Source of the DNA: a virus
Taxonomy: Duplodnaviria; Caudoviricetes
Reading direction: 5' to 3' (one strand)
IMG/VR virus record: IMGVR_UViG_3300026512_000012
Coordinates: 1-63,403 of that record
Length of the DNA: 63,403 nt
Within the stretch, counting starts at the first letter, position 1; each line of letters starts with the position of its first letter. This document shows, one piece after another, positions 41,301 through 50,067 of the stretch. The notes under the pieces were generated by a model. The model saw only the letters and a list, made by a program, of their open reading frames with translations. It did not search any database and was not told the origin of the DNA. The translations under genes were made by a program, and so were the position numbers.

Positions 41301-43754
41301 AGCATCATGAAATGCTCTATTTAATGCTTCAGTAGTATTACCATCTTTATACACACTATCAAAACCTTGTATAGCACTTTGTATTGGTTCTACTACTAAT
41401 TCTGCTAAACCACCTTCAGCCAATTTAGCTCCACCACTAATCATTCCTGTTACAAATTTAGTAGCTCTCTTTTTACCTATTGCTTTTAAGAACCCAGATA
41501 AGCCTTCTTTAGTACCTAATAGTGCTATTTTATCTCCAGTTATTTCTAATTTAGCTCCAAGATAGTTTCCTGCTAGACTCAGCAATGCATGCCCTATTGA
41601 TGCTCTCTCACCATATTTATCATAATATTCGTCCATATCCTGTTCAGTCATTAATGCACCAAGGTGTAAATCATCTGCATTTTTTACTAAGAACATTTTT
41701 AATTTATCTTTAACAGGAGCCTTCATTAATGCTTCAGTACTGTTATTTATTAATAGTGAAGCCGATTTTTTAGTATCTTCACTTAATATCATTTTATTTA
41801 AACTTTGTTCCGTCTTTTCACTTATTGCTTTACCACTAGCTTTTAATGTAGCTAATTTTGCTTCAGCTTTTGCGGATTCTTTTAAAGCTTTTTCAGCTAC
41901 TTTTCTAGCAGCTTCTTTACTCATTAACTCAGCTATACCTTTCCCAGCAAGTTTAGCTGTTGCTTTCTCAGCAATACCAGTTACAAATCCTATTGTGTAA
42001 CCAAGGCTTTTAGATGACATTTCAGGGGATGCAAATGCTGCCTTAGTCATATTCCATAGTGCATGCAGATTAACATTACCATATGTGGATGGATCAGTAG
42101 CCTCAACATTTTTAAATGCTTCTTGTTGATATTTCTCTGCTTCTTCTGATTTACTCCCTAAATTTCTTAGGAATTGTGCACCATCAATGTAATTCTCTAA
42201 TTTATCCATTCTATCTTTTGTTAGCACTTTTACATTATCAGCCATTCTATTTGCAGTTTTATCATCATAACCCCATATATACTTTGCAGATCCGTAAACA
42301 CCTGCAGAGAACAAGTCATTAGCTATCTTAGCTGTATCCCCAGCTGCTCTCGCAAAACTACCTGTAAAGCCTCTTATATTAGTACCTGTCCTATCTACCC
42401 AGCCTTCTTCTTCAGGGGCTACAGTTACAGGTCTATTCAAGTAATTAATATAAGCATTCTTACCTAATTCATAATATTCTTTCCCAGTAGTATTATTGCT
42501 ATCAGTCCTATTTAAATTTTTGCTACCATTAGCACCTAATAAATGAGCAGCAAATGTTTTACCTATTAAATCTCCCATATCCTTTGAAGAACTTTTAAAT
42601 TTCTTCATGTAGTCTACGATTGATTCTAATGCTACTTTATCTTGTACACTAGGATTTTTTAAGAAATCATCTTTACTTTTAATACCGTATTTACCTGTCC
42701 AATTATCTGGATTATTTAATCCCTTACTATCTGTTCCTTTTTTAACCATTCCTAGGTCTTGTAGTCTCATTGCTCCGAACTGATAGCCACCTATATAACT
42801 ATGGCCAGGTTTCATATCTTCACTATAATTACCACTACTTTCTCTCATTTTTAATGTATTAAGCATTTGTAACAATAAGTCACTATCCATTTTCACATTC
42901 TTAGACGATGCATGGTTATATGTATCTTTAGAATCTGCTATCTTAGCTATATCAGTTAAGCTCATACCTTTTTCAGTATCACCTTCAGCATTACCCCAGA
43001 TACTACCATCTTTAACTATTTCTGTATAGCTTCTACCTGCTTTATCTTCATAGTGCTTCCTATCTCCTAATAGATATTTTCTACCATTTAAATCTTGTTG
43101 CCCACCGTGGAGATATGCTTCAAATCCTTTAGCAGTATCTACATCATTAAGCATCAATCCATTTATACCATCTCTAGCTGGTTCATAACCACCTGTCATA
43201 CCTGGCTTCTCATACTTTGCATAGTTTTGTATCAATTGTGTTTCAGGGTCTATACCGCTGTCAGCATCAACTGTAAAGTATCCTGCTTTCTCATAACCAT
43301 CTTTTAAATTTCCATGATATATACCACCTATTTTACCATGTATTATTTCGTGATTATCTACTTTTCTGAAGGTTTTATCTTTAGGTTCCCAATAATAACC
43401 ACTATCAACAAAATCACTTGTTATTTGTTGCCTATGGGCATTACTATCTTCATTATATATCTTATTTTGGTTTGAATACACATTACCATTTATTACTGAT
43501 ATACTGTCATCCATATTACCTAATTCGTTTACTTTCTGTTTTCTCCAATAATTTATTTGATTATCATTGTTACCATACTTGCCATTAAGTTGTTCTATTT
43601 TTTCTTGTTTTCTTTGCAATAAATTTTGTATTTTATCCTCAGATTTATTTTGAGATAACTCTGGTTGTGCAGATTTAATTTCAGGAGTATTTTGTTGTGT
43701 TAGTTCTGATGCAGTATCTACATCATTCTGTGCTAGTATTTCAGCGATAGTCAT
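35349..43754 (-). CDS. N4-like virion-encapsidated single-subunit RNA polymerase with N-terminal lysozyme-like domain
   Basis: RYMLDSAGANPQTGK, motif A ETDAVTSG, motif B RALLKPPFMTFQYGAG, motif C VHDA; RESSGNY..GGYQFG..AAHLLG near the N-terminus; no Cys except the last residue. Confidence 0.92.
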   Translation of the reverse strand: MTIAEILAQNDVDTASELTQQNTPEIKSAQPELSQNKSEDKIQNLLQRKQEKIEQLNGKYGNNDNQINYWRKQKVNELGNMDDSISVINGNVYSNQNKIYNEDSNAHRQQITSDFVDSGYYWEPKDKTFRKVDNHEIIHGKIGGIYHGNLKDGYEKAGYFTVDADSGIDPETQLIQNYAKYEKPGMTGGYEPARDGINGLMLNDVDTAKGFEAYLHGGQQDLNGRKYLLGDRKHYEDKAGRSYTEIVKDGSIWGNAEGDTEKGMSLTDIAKIADSKDTYNHASSKNVKMDSDLLLQMLNTLKMRESSGNYSEDMKPGHSYIGGYQFGAMRLQDLGMVKKGTDSKGLNNPDNWTGKYGIKSKDDFLKNPSVQDKVALESIVDYMKKFKSSSKDMGDLIGKTFAAHLLGANGSKNLNRTDSNNTTGKEYYELGKNAYINYLNRPVTVAPEEEGWVDRTGTNIRGFTGSFARAAGDTAKIANDLFSAGVYGSAKYIWGYDDKTANRMADNVKVLTKDRMDKLENYIDGAQFLRNLGSKSEEAEKYQQEAFKNVEATDPSTYGNVNLHALWNMTKAAFASPEMSSKSLGYTIGFVTGIAEKATAKLAGKGIAELMSKEAARKVAEKALKESAKAEAKLATLKASGKAISEKTEQSLNKMILSEDTKKSASLLINNSTEALMKAPVKDKLKMFLVKNADDLHLGALMTEQDMDEYYDKYGERASIGHALLSLAGNYLGAKLEITGDKIALLGTKEGLSGFLKAIGKKRATKFVTGMISGGAKLAEGGLAELVVEPIQSAIQGFDSVYKDGNTTEALNRAFHDAVQGAAFGVAGGVHMASPRAASGIIGDTLDAIKPMTNVVKQTIKSTVKNQQDINPDNEVIDPETSKEMQEMDGKSLDTHLKDLDVLTAGDDLGAIAKRLKYIQQRFQNSTVTQEQLNIFNKHAETFNERVKEVMQKSMPNGKVDHEVLGSDSRRVKELLDAITEIDNDDIAKKYIDNLVNDEKFKRKASKEQLEDLKQALLDRRARSEILTDTMSTVRQNIIDTGFRGYEGMAKLFQQGDTASIQRFAGIEEKKRNRLLNTYEEVENDVKEYLNEIIKDNPDMDAIAVKKGMAYLTSATYDKGNNENLIKDRKALTDDYIANAAKLMGVKMPELNDYKNGNGWNYKEYNQAVYDAAKEAIKKYGEDSKYKRALESKNKVVKYAAAVDGKDGKFEVNAYELIADILNEDSKIKEQLKPSSTLKLVNTVSSEVHTLNAMVAKLVNGDSAPNKLQTIIDGEEKKNSDDGENNIYQGIDVTKEYKGDKGYKVIKPLLETVFSLPRDAENRLILPEEDDKKIRQLLQNNPKYIERLVEEKETELNANNNNNSEPVQENVDEEGMKNLIKFVKGEKVTDEVKALAKNNPEIVDKLQKKYINVINNKYMQSLKENKVIKAVPLKAWEKGIAEGATIKQQSKAIEVYSRIKDELNGKVEPKFLHERKMLDWVPEVGERSQDAKMSRIAAVNVSKRLIEHQNRLNHYKEIHEGLKATINGITRTFSKQYNAWRNQYSSLMDKKGKPWKAVEIAKNRIKEIEAEHRELAKEIEVVQSKLRGGKALLAKKRKELQTSLDKLKDGIKNIIKKIIMMLNGYKEDLQDLEKKQNKLDKEYKKHINTINMWNNRVNSLEKKIDNYEKKKGITELELEAKAKVRAINEQKEITTKLRKRIQVLKAKYQGAKIIESRLKNAYISPLRKGTGKVEDGLFDTQINDIAEADKKTESIIASVPVEYLGEAAKAEAETAADALKNIGPVWQDNLEIGTNENGKVIKANQQMMYRKAPARALIYTKPKGTDDDGGEVFKETALAMVLALKELLGSRGYEVPMTAEDVTNDYGVENVTPDVLEYYRKIGRPIKYLSDSVGKNTLKLMGLKRKKDSKVDNPKERYSMLEQSMGAHVIELGRELGLINVKETGALDMGDMLFKAENPEVSEKEISDAREARAKLLGDGAEGVKVVTFTVNKDVAVNAGKKFRELELELIVPANVAGPLYSKPNINGEIEIRRNSITKAPAMAQAHVKKIMDIEWYVKGIDDGNKKMEQLLKMNKNVLLKAMGYIDPEVLKGQTYTLRQSNISVNRDIEREIDGVLKVVDDIKEGRAANSIWFKWFISKNTRYMLDSAGANPQTGKKLARWLIKANRKVANINLNNKTDRTLLSLAIALSFGFDIDKESIEDSLKFVEELVKDNNYNNLMEQWQNLVNGNEMTEFNINGTKIGLKNIGHVADGLEALSLMHKAINDGSMQVKTTLQIETDAVTSGFGLKLLQYAADLDVGEVTVKEWLAKTGMFVDGTNEAFPDIVANGKLVDAYKTLAVALSDKAIDESITQQEDNKEEYKAADYGVGLREGYNWFKGLLKEMSKVVDGITIVTPEARALLKPPFMTFQYGAGFVKNIKEMTDVIMAKVEKEVLNSGSLEDVEQMLKAFGVDDNAIDLMNYAMKNDWEGYVIDTENGKTLGEVMRKTVTDSYGTVVEQVLKDKFEHIIEINKAVNSAMKIAYDVWNMKAMQKLEEMAKKGTNVGITKDMIEKVFADKELMKYFPVIAGPLSEGIEDSIAIFKERLLDSLFRGNDILSKDKLGRGVAFKIQDGKPQQISYSALKKWLAEAGAAGGVIPIHTLDAAIMGAIADKYGVLEVHDAIIMGLASVEDIVREYNKRVILVSKKWNYLGEVSKTLERVLDLLTDEELEEVVSESENDPKKVLTELWSYAQSNEKFRKELYSKHITIQHMVLTKESGYEYYPNAKANDKIKEDIMKAYNKLPLVLRNSFGIKDDIKGC

Positions 43755-43782
43755 TGTGTATCCTTACAGTATAGTTAGCTTC

Positions 43783-43805
43783 ATTATAACTAACTACACT
43801 TTAAG
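43783..43805 (-). promoter_or_regulatory. putative late promoter CTTAA-N12-TATAAT upstream of vRNAP
   Basis: Minus strand ttCTTAAagtgtagttagtTATAAT; same spacing as two other sites. Confidence 0.65.
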
Positions 43806-43821
43806 AATTACTTATTTAATT

Positions 43822-46314
43822 TTACAGAGTGTCTATTAAATTTTGCAATTGTTCAGCAGGACTTATATTGTTTACAGACGTAACTTGTTTAGCTTTTTTA
43901 ATCTTTTTAGCCGCATCAGTAGCTCTTATTGTATGTATTTTTTTTAATCTTTTTACAATAGGCTCTATGTATTTAACATCTTTTTCAGACATGTTAGGAT
44001 TTTCTTTTATAAATTTTTTAATACTTCTTATTGTTTGGTATTTAAAATCTTTTGGTGCCATATAATTATAACCCATACCTGTTTTACGCATACTAGTACT
44101 TTTATTAAAATTATTTTGAAGATCTTCTATAAATTGATTAACTTTTGGTGATTTTAATTTATCAATTTTAGTCATTACATTATTAAATACTTCTGCATAT
44201 TGTTTATTTGCTTTAATTGCAAATGCTTTTTGTAATTTAGATACAGGAGTATTAGCTCCTGTTTTTTCTAAGATTCTTTTTGTTAAGTTTATACCTGGTG
44301 TGCTATTGACAAGCTTTGCTCCATACTTTCCTACTATAGGTAACTTACCAGCATACTTAACAGTTTTTAGAGCAGTCCCTGGTGTAAGTGCAAATGAGCC
44401 TATTGTAGCCATATTATTTAATGTATCTTGAGAATATATTGAATTATTTTTAGTCATTCTATTTATGGCATCATTTGATACTTTATCTAAATCTTTCCTT
44501 GTTTGATTAAATATACCATCTGTTGCTGAATTATAGCTATCTTTACCAGTAACTATATCTTTTAAATTCATAGCAGCATCTTGGGGTAGTTCAGCAAACC
44601 ATGATAAACCACTTAGTGTTTTAGCTCCTATAGACTCTGATATATTTTTTACAGCTTTTCCAGCAAATCTTAATCTATCCCCTAGACTGTTTGGCATAAA
44701 CCCATGTTTATCATAATAATTATTAGTAATATTTACTTTATCTTGGTTAGTAAGACCACTATTTTTAAGATAAATAGGGTCTTTAAATACTTCTAAAATA
44801 TCAGATGGGCCCTTCTCTAAAGCAGTTGTTATCATTTTTATAGCATTATTTCTTTTTTGTGTATTTATTAATGAATTTGGTTTTAATGTAGTTTTATCCC
44901 AATTAGAATTAATTAACATACTCTGTAACCTATTATAAGCTTCAGTATTATCATGATTTCCTACAGTACTAAGTTTTTTATTTTTATTCCAATTAGAATT
45001 AATTAACATACTTTGTAATCTATTATAAGTTTCAGTATTGTTATGATTCTCTACAACATTAAGTTTTTTATTTTTTGATTTAGTAGTTAAATCTTCACCT
45101 AATGTACTCTTATTTACTGGCTTTAATGCATTTTCAAACAACCTTGTAATAGCATCTCTTTTGGCTTCTGCAGGATTTGTATTGAGTGTAGTTAATTTCT
45201 TAAGTAATGTATTTATTTTATTTTTATTATTTATAATACTTTCAGTCATATAATCTTGATACTCATTACTACCTTTTATTAATGATACAGGTTTATAATG
45301 ATGTAGTGGATCTTCATCAGGGTGCATCCTTAAATATTCTTGATCCGCTGTATTCAATACATCTTTCCCAAGCTCTGTATTATGTAATCCAAATCCACCA
45401 GCACTTTCATCCATATCTGAATTTATTAAATATTTAATCCTGTTTTCAGAGTAATTATTATTTCTCATTGTCTGTATTAAATCTCTTAAATTACTAGCAT
45501 CTATACCTACCCCTTTAGGTGATATTTTTTTGGCAATTCTATCTTCAAAATCAGCAAATAATTCTTTATCTTTTTTATTTGTATTTTCTTTTGGCACGAA
45601 TATTGTTTTACCTGTATCTGCATCTTTATAATATATTCCTTTAGTATTACTTCTAACACTACCAGCACTCTTACTACCACTGTTAGATTTTAATAGTGCC
45701 CTCATATCAGTGCCTATGTTTTTAGTATATCCTTCTATCTGCTTAGCTAAACTATTCTTTTCATTGTTTATAGCTGTTATTTGAGCAGCTCTAGCCGCTT
45801 TTAAATTAGTGGCTATATCAGATGTGAGTTCTAATCCAGCATCTGCTACTTTCTTAGCAGCTTGTTGATTTCTTTCTAATTCAGTTAATCCATATTTAGG
45901 GTTATCTACTAATGTATTTGCTGCATTACTTATATTCAACTGAGCCTTAGCTTTAGCCATTATATCTCTTAACATATTCCCAGTAATATTAGACTTTTTT
46001 AAAGCATCATTATCAGTTATATCTACACCTTGTGTAGCTTTTACTTCCTCAGGGGTTAGTGTAGCTTTATCCCATTCACTTTGAGGCATTAAACTATTAA
46101 CATCTCTACTATCTGGATTCAAGTATGCTTTTGTAAACATATTATTAGCTTTTCTAGTATCCTGTTTATATTTATACTCTTCATCAGCTCTCTGATTAGC
46201 CCTAAACAATAATGCATTTCTCGCATTATTTTGTCCTATTTGAAGTTGTCTATCAATATTTTTTTGTCTTTGTTTGTCTAACCCATCTAAGAATTGTAAG
46301 AAAGCTGATTGCAT
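43822..46314 (-). CDS. probable ejection/internal virion protein (N4 gp51 position)
   Basis: 830 aa, Cys-free, directly upstream of vRNAP, Gly/Ala amphipathic segments. Confidence 0.65.
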   Translation of the reverse strand: MQSAFLQFLDGLDKQRQKNIDRQLQIGQNNARNALLFRANQRADEEYKYKQDTRKANNMFTKAYLNPDSRDVNSLMPQSEWDKATLTPEEVKATQGVDITDNDALKKSNITGNMLRDIMAKAKAQLNISNAANTLVDNPKYGLTELERNQQAAKKVADAGLELTSDIATNLKAARAAQITAINNEKNSLAKQIEGYTKNIGTDMRALLKSNSGSKSAGSVRSNTKGIYYKDADTGKTIFVPKENTNKKDKELFADFEDRIAKKISPKGVGIDASNLRDLIQTMRNNNYSENRIKYLINSDMDESAGGFGLHNTELGKDVLNTADQEYLRMHPDEDPLHHYKPVSLIKGSNEYQDYMTESIINNKNKINTLLKKLTTLNTNPAEAKRDAITRLFENALKPVNKSTLGEDLTTKSKNKKLNVVENHNNTETYNRLQSMLINSNWNKNKKLSTVGNHDNTEAYNRLQSMLINSNWDKTTLKPNSLINTQKRNNAIKMITTALEKGPSDILEVFKDPIYLKNSGLTNQDKVNITNNYYDKHGFMPNSLGDRLRFAGKAVKNISESIGAKTLSGLSWFAELPQDAAMNLKDIVTGKDSYNSATDGIFNQTRKDLDKVSNDAINRMTKNNSIYSQDTLNNMATIGSFALTPGTALKTVKYAGKLPIVGKYGAKLVNSTPGINLTKRILEKTGANTPVSKLQKAFAIKANKQYAEVFNNVMTKIDKLKSPKVNQFIEDLQNNFNKSTSMRKTGMGYNYMAPKDFKYQTIRSIKKFIKENPNMSEKDVKYIEPIVKRLKKIHTIRATDAAKKIKKAKQVTSVNNISPAEQLQNLIDTL
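44899..45075 (-). repeat. 90-bp (30-aa) tandem duplication inside the 830-aa gene
   Basis: KNKKLNVVENHNNTETYNRLQSMLINSNWN / KNKKLSTVGNHDNTEAYNRLQSMLINSNWD. Confidence 0.9.
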
Positions 46315-46323
46315 TATATACTC

Positions 46324-46905
46324 CTAATATGTTTCAGATACATGTTTGTATTTAGGTGCTGTTACGGTGAATCCAGATTTTGCAGCAGCTTCCATACTAG
46401 CTTCTTTACCAGCTAGTAGGTTTTCATACTGGGTAGCAGCTAAACTGTAATCTTTAGCATACTTATGTCGTGTGTCTGCTAATTGTCGGTTTAGCAATTT
46501 AGCATTTTTATTTGTGTTATGCATGCTATACCAATCCATACCTATTCCGTACAGACCTTTACCTGCTTGTACCATATCTGAGCTCATAAATCCACCGCTA
46601 ATTACTTTAGTTTCCATTTGGCCTGTCTTAGGATTAAGCTGGGTTACCGTAGTATCATTGGGCTTACGAAAATTATCCCAGAAACTACCACTTTTACCTT
46701 TATAGAATAAATCATTAGCAAATCCACTTACATGTCCATTATTAGTCATTGCTTTATTTATAATTGGGGTTACATTAGTACCTGTATTAAACAAGTTATT
46801 TACATCTACTCCGCCTATTAAATTATTAAGATATGTGTTAAAATCACTACTTGCTAGTGATACTGTATCAGGCATTGTATTAAATACAGAAGGTTTTGTT
46901 GTCAT
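46324..46905 (-). CDS. small ejection/internal virion protein (N4 gp52 position)
   Basis: 193 aa, Cys-free, GLYGIG segment followed by a coiled coil; synteny. Confidence 0.6.
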   Translation of the reverse strand: MTTKPSVFNTMPDTVSLASSDFNTYLNNLIGGVDVNNLFNTGTNVTPIINKAMTNNGHVSGFANDLFYKGKSGSFWDNFRKPNDTTVTQLNPKTGQMETKVISGGFMSSDMVQAGKGLYGIGMDWYSMHNTNKNAKLLNRQLADTRHKYAKDYSLAATQYENLLAGKEASMEAAAKSGFTVTAPKYKHVSETY

Positions 46906-46936
46906 TATATACTCCTAGTTATACTCATTACAAACA

Positions 46937-49900
46937 TTATACCATAATATTTGTATGATTTAGATTATTAACATCAAGTTTATCAGCTTGATAATCTACA
47001 CTTGAAACATACGATAACATTTTAGATCCGAAATCAACAGACATATATACATCGGACACTTCTACTTCATCATACATTTCACCTTCAACCATATCTAGCA
47101 TAGAATCTGCAAATATAGCTACGCTATCTTCTTGTACTCCAAATTCTCTCATTTTATCATCTAACTTTTTAGTAGCTTTAGATACCATATCTATGTACTT
47201 TTCTGTGTATTCCATAGCATCTTCCATTTCACCTTTCACATACTCTTGATATCCAGTAGTTACTAAATTCCCACCCATCAGTATTTTATCTAGTGTTGAC
47301 ATTTTAGTTATATATGTTTTTATATCTGCTATTATGTTATCTATTGTTATGGTCTTAGTAGCTGCTTCTGCTGTAGTAGTAGCCAAACTCTTTGCTGCTA
47401 AGTTAGCACCATGCATTATAACTATTGTTAATATCATTTGTACCCATGGTGACATATTTGGAAACATTACTGATAGTCCATAACCAACTACCATTGCCTC
47501 AGCTCCAGCAACTAGATAGCCTGCAAACCCTTTTAATGCACCTAGTGCAGGAAATGCTATCATTATTGCTATAGTTGCAATTATTAGTATAAATCCAAAG
47601 AATCCTCTTTGATACCACTTAACTTTTGTTACTTTTCTTGCATATATGAATAAAAATATATTATCATTAAATATTGCAGAATATTCTTTTATACTTAATT
47701 TTCTATTTATAACTTCTGGATATATAATTATTAGTTTTTGTAAATCTGCTGAGGGGGTACTATTATGGTTAAACCAACTATTGTTTACTTTATTTTTTGT
47801 AGTAACAGTATAACTACCATCAGCACTTGTTAATGTCATTGTTATATCATGATATTTATATCTGTAAGCAGTATTACCAACAATTCTGTAAACATATACT
47901 ATTTGACTATATACATCTACAACAACATCATAGGGTTCTTCATCATGCTCACAAGTTGTATATGAGTAGCTTTCTATTACTTCTCTTACTGTTCTCATAT
48001 AATATTTTTTTCTATGCCCTGTAATATTCAGTAACCCATATTCATCTGTATTATCAAAATTATCTATTACATTTTGTTCTATTGTATATGTATATGAAGC
48101 GTCCATACTATAACTATGTATATGGTAAGTCTTTGCTGTATCTAATACCATACCATTACCAGTTATCATATCTGCTAACATATACATTATTTTTGCTCTA
48201 GCATGCGTATCATCAGTTACTAGTGTCTTATCTTCATTGAATATTCTCAAACCACTTACAATACTAGCTGTGTACACATCTGCATTATCACTTACTGTAT
48301 CTATTAAATTATCTACACCTTCATTATCTATCCCTAAAGGATTTAGTACTTTTTTGAGTTTATCGGTCTTTTTAGCCGTATGTGTGTATAATGTTTTCTT
48401 AGCATATCTCAATGTTATAACAGGAGTTAGAACAAAACCTTGTGTGGCTTCCATTAACTGAGGTGTTTTTTGTATCTGTGCCTTAACAATTGTCCCATCT
48501 TGTTTTTTACCTGTTACAGTAACTGTATCTACTGTTAATTGCTCTAATGGACTTTTTGTAAATACCGCTGTAGCTTGGTAACTGTCTATGTATATATTAC
48601 CAACTGTACTTCTTACTACTTTTGTATTAGGATTATCTATCAGTATATTTTCATTTATTAGTACTGTTTGCAATCCAACAGTATCTTTATTCGCTATACT
48701 TATTACAGTATCTGACTGCCATCCACTACCACTAGGTATTGATAAGTATGCTGTTTTTATGAAATCATATGCACTTATTTTTTTTAAATCTAATGCTCTA
48801 TAGTTTACATAACTATCTTTAGCTATTGTTGGTTTTCTTTTAGTAGTAATCAATGGCATACAACTTATTACAGGTTGTGTGACAATTACAGTAATCTTGT
48901 ACCCTACAGGTTCATACTCTGTGACTGTTACATCTCTTACAACTTCTGTTACTGTATTTACTTCATTACCATCATCATCTATCCTGGTACCAGCTGTGTA
49001 TGTTTTTGTTTCTATAGTAGTAGTTATTGTTTTTCTATCACCTACAACACTATATACTGCTGTGTATTCCCCTACATTAGTAGTTTGTGTTATTGTAGTT
49101 TCATCTATATTATAATAATCAGTATCTGTACTTTCAGTACTACTACTAGTACTTGTATCTTCAGGGACTGTATCCGAATCAGTTGTACTTGAACTACTTG
49201 TGCTGCTATTTATTATTGATTTTGCTTTACCAGTAATTACAATATCTATACCAAATGTATTTGTAGGTTCTGATACCACCCCTACTGTTGTTATTGTGCC
49301 ATCTGTAGTAGTGATACTATCTGATATTTGCGTAGGTGCTATTACAGTTTTAGTTGCTATTAAACTACCATCTTCAATAGTTCCTATTAAATCTCTAGGT
49401 CTTTTTAACCAATACCATAGCTGATTTTGATAATCTTCCATATATTCTAATGCATCCGTAGGATGCATTATTCCTGTTATATCAGTAGCAGTTATTGTAG
49501 CCATAGCAATCGGTACAGGTTCTATCCTTGTTTCGTAATTATTACCCCATTTACTTATGACTAATACTTTATCTGTTGTTGAGTTTACACTATTTAAAGT
49601 CCGTGATGTATTACCACCATTTATTATAAACGCATAAACTCCATTAGCTCCTGCAACTTTACATTTAACATTTGTTAAATCACCTAATACATACTGCATA
49701 TCATTTATATCTGTTGATTCTTCATCAACTTTGTAACTCTCTAATACTACAGTTTGATTACCTACCATATTCCTTAACTTTTGCTCCAGCTTATCCTTAT
49801 CATATGTGTATGCTGTAAATGTATTTTCTGTGGCTACTCCAGCTTTTACCATATAATCTGTTGAGAACTTCTTACGGATTTTATGTAGCATATGCCAAGC

Positions 49901-50056
49901 AGTTTTACTATAACCCTCAATACCATTTTGTTGATAGGCTTTAAACAATTGTAATTTAGTATTTCTCCACAAGTCTCCTTGCAATGATGTAGCATCTTTC
50001 AATGCTATTACATCATAACTTCTACTTACAACTGTTTTACTGCTAAATAAGCCCAT
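46937..50056 (-). CDS. virion structural protein with hydrophobic C-terminal segments (N4 gp53-like)
   Basis: MGLFSSKT start; KVKWYQRGFFGFILIIATIAI followed by further hydrophobic helices. Confidence 0.75.
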   Translation of the reverse strand: MGLFSSKTVVSRSYDVIALKDATSLQGDLWRNTKLQLFKAYQQNGIEGYSKTAWHMLHKIRKKFSTDYMVKAGVATENTFTAYTYDKDKLEQKLRNMVGNQTVVLESYKVDEESTDINDMQYVLGDLTNVKCKVAGANGVYAFIINGGNTSRTLNSVNSTTDKVLVISKWGNNYETRIEPVPIAMATITATDITGIMHPTDALEYMEDYQNQLWYWLKRPRDLIGTIEDGSLIATKTVIAPTQISDSITTTDGTITTVGVVSEPTNTFGIDIVITGKAKSIINSSTSSSSTTDSDTVPEDTSTSSSTESTDTDYYNIDETTITQTTNVGEYTAVYSVVGDRKTITTTIETKTYTAGTRIDDDGNEVNTVTEVVRDVTVTEYEPVGYKITVIVTQPVISCMPLITTKRKPTIAKDSYVNYRALDLKKISAYDFIKTAYLSIPSGSGWQSDTVISIANKDTVGLQTVLINENILIDNPNTKVVRSTVGNIYIDSYQATAVFTKSPLEQLTVDTVTVTGKKQDGTIVKAQIQKTPQLMEATQGFVLTPVITLRYAKKTLYTHTAKKTDKLKKVLNPLGIDNEGVDNLIDTVSDNADVYTASIVSGLRIFNEDKTLVTDDTHARAKIMYMLADMITGNGMVLDTAKTYHIHSYSMDASYTYTIEQNVIDNFDNTDEYGLLNITGHRKKYYMRTVREVIESYSYTTCEHDEEPYDVVVDVYSQIVYVYRIVGNTAYRYKYHDITMTLTSADGSYTVTTKNKVNNSWFNHNSTPSADLQKLIIIYPEVINRKLSIKEYSAIFNDNIFLFIYARKVTKVKWYQRGFFGFILIIATIAIMIAFPALGALKGFAGYLVAGAEAMVVGYGLSVMFPNMSPWVQMILTIVIMHGANLAAKSLATTTAEAATKTITIDNIIADIKTYITKMSTLDKILMGGNLVTTGYQEYVKGEMEDAMEYTEKYIDMVSKATKKLDDKMREFGVQEDSVAIFADSMLDMVEGEMYDEVEVSDVYMSVDFGSKMLSYVSSVDYQADKLDVNNLNHTNIMV

Positions 50057-50067
50057 ATTCTATTCTT

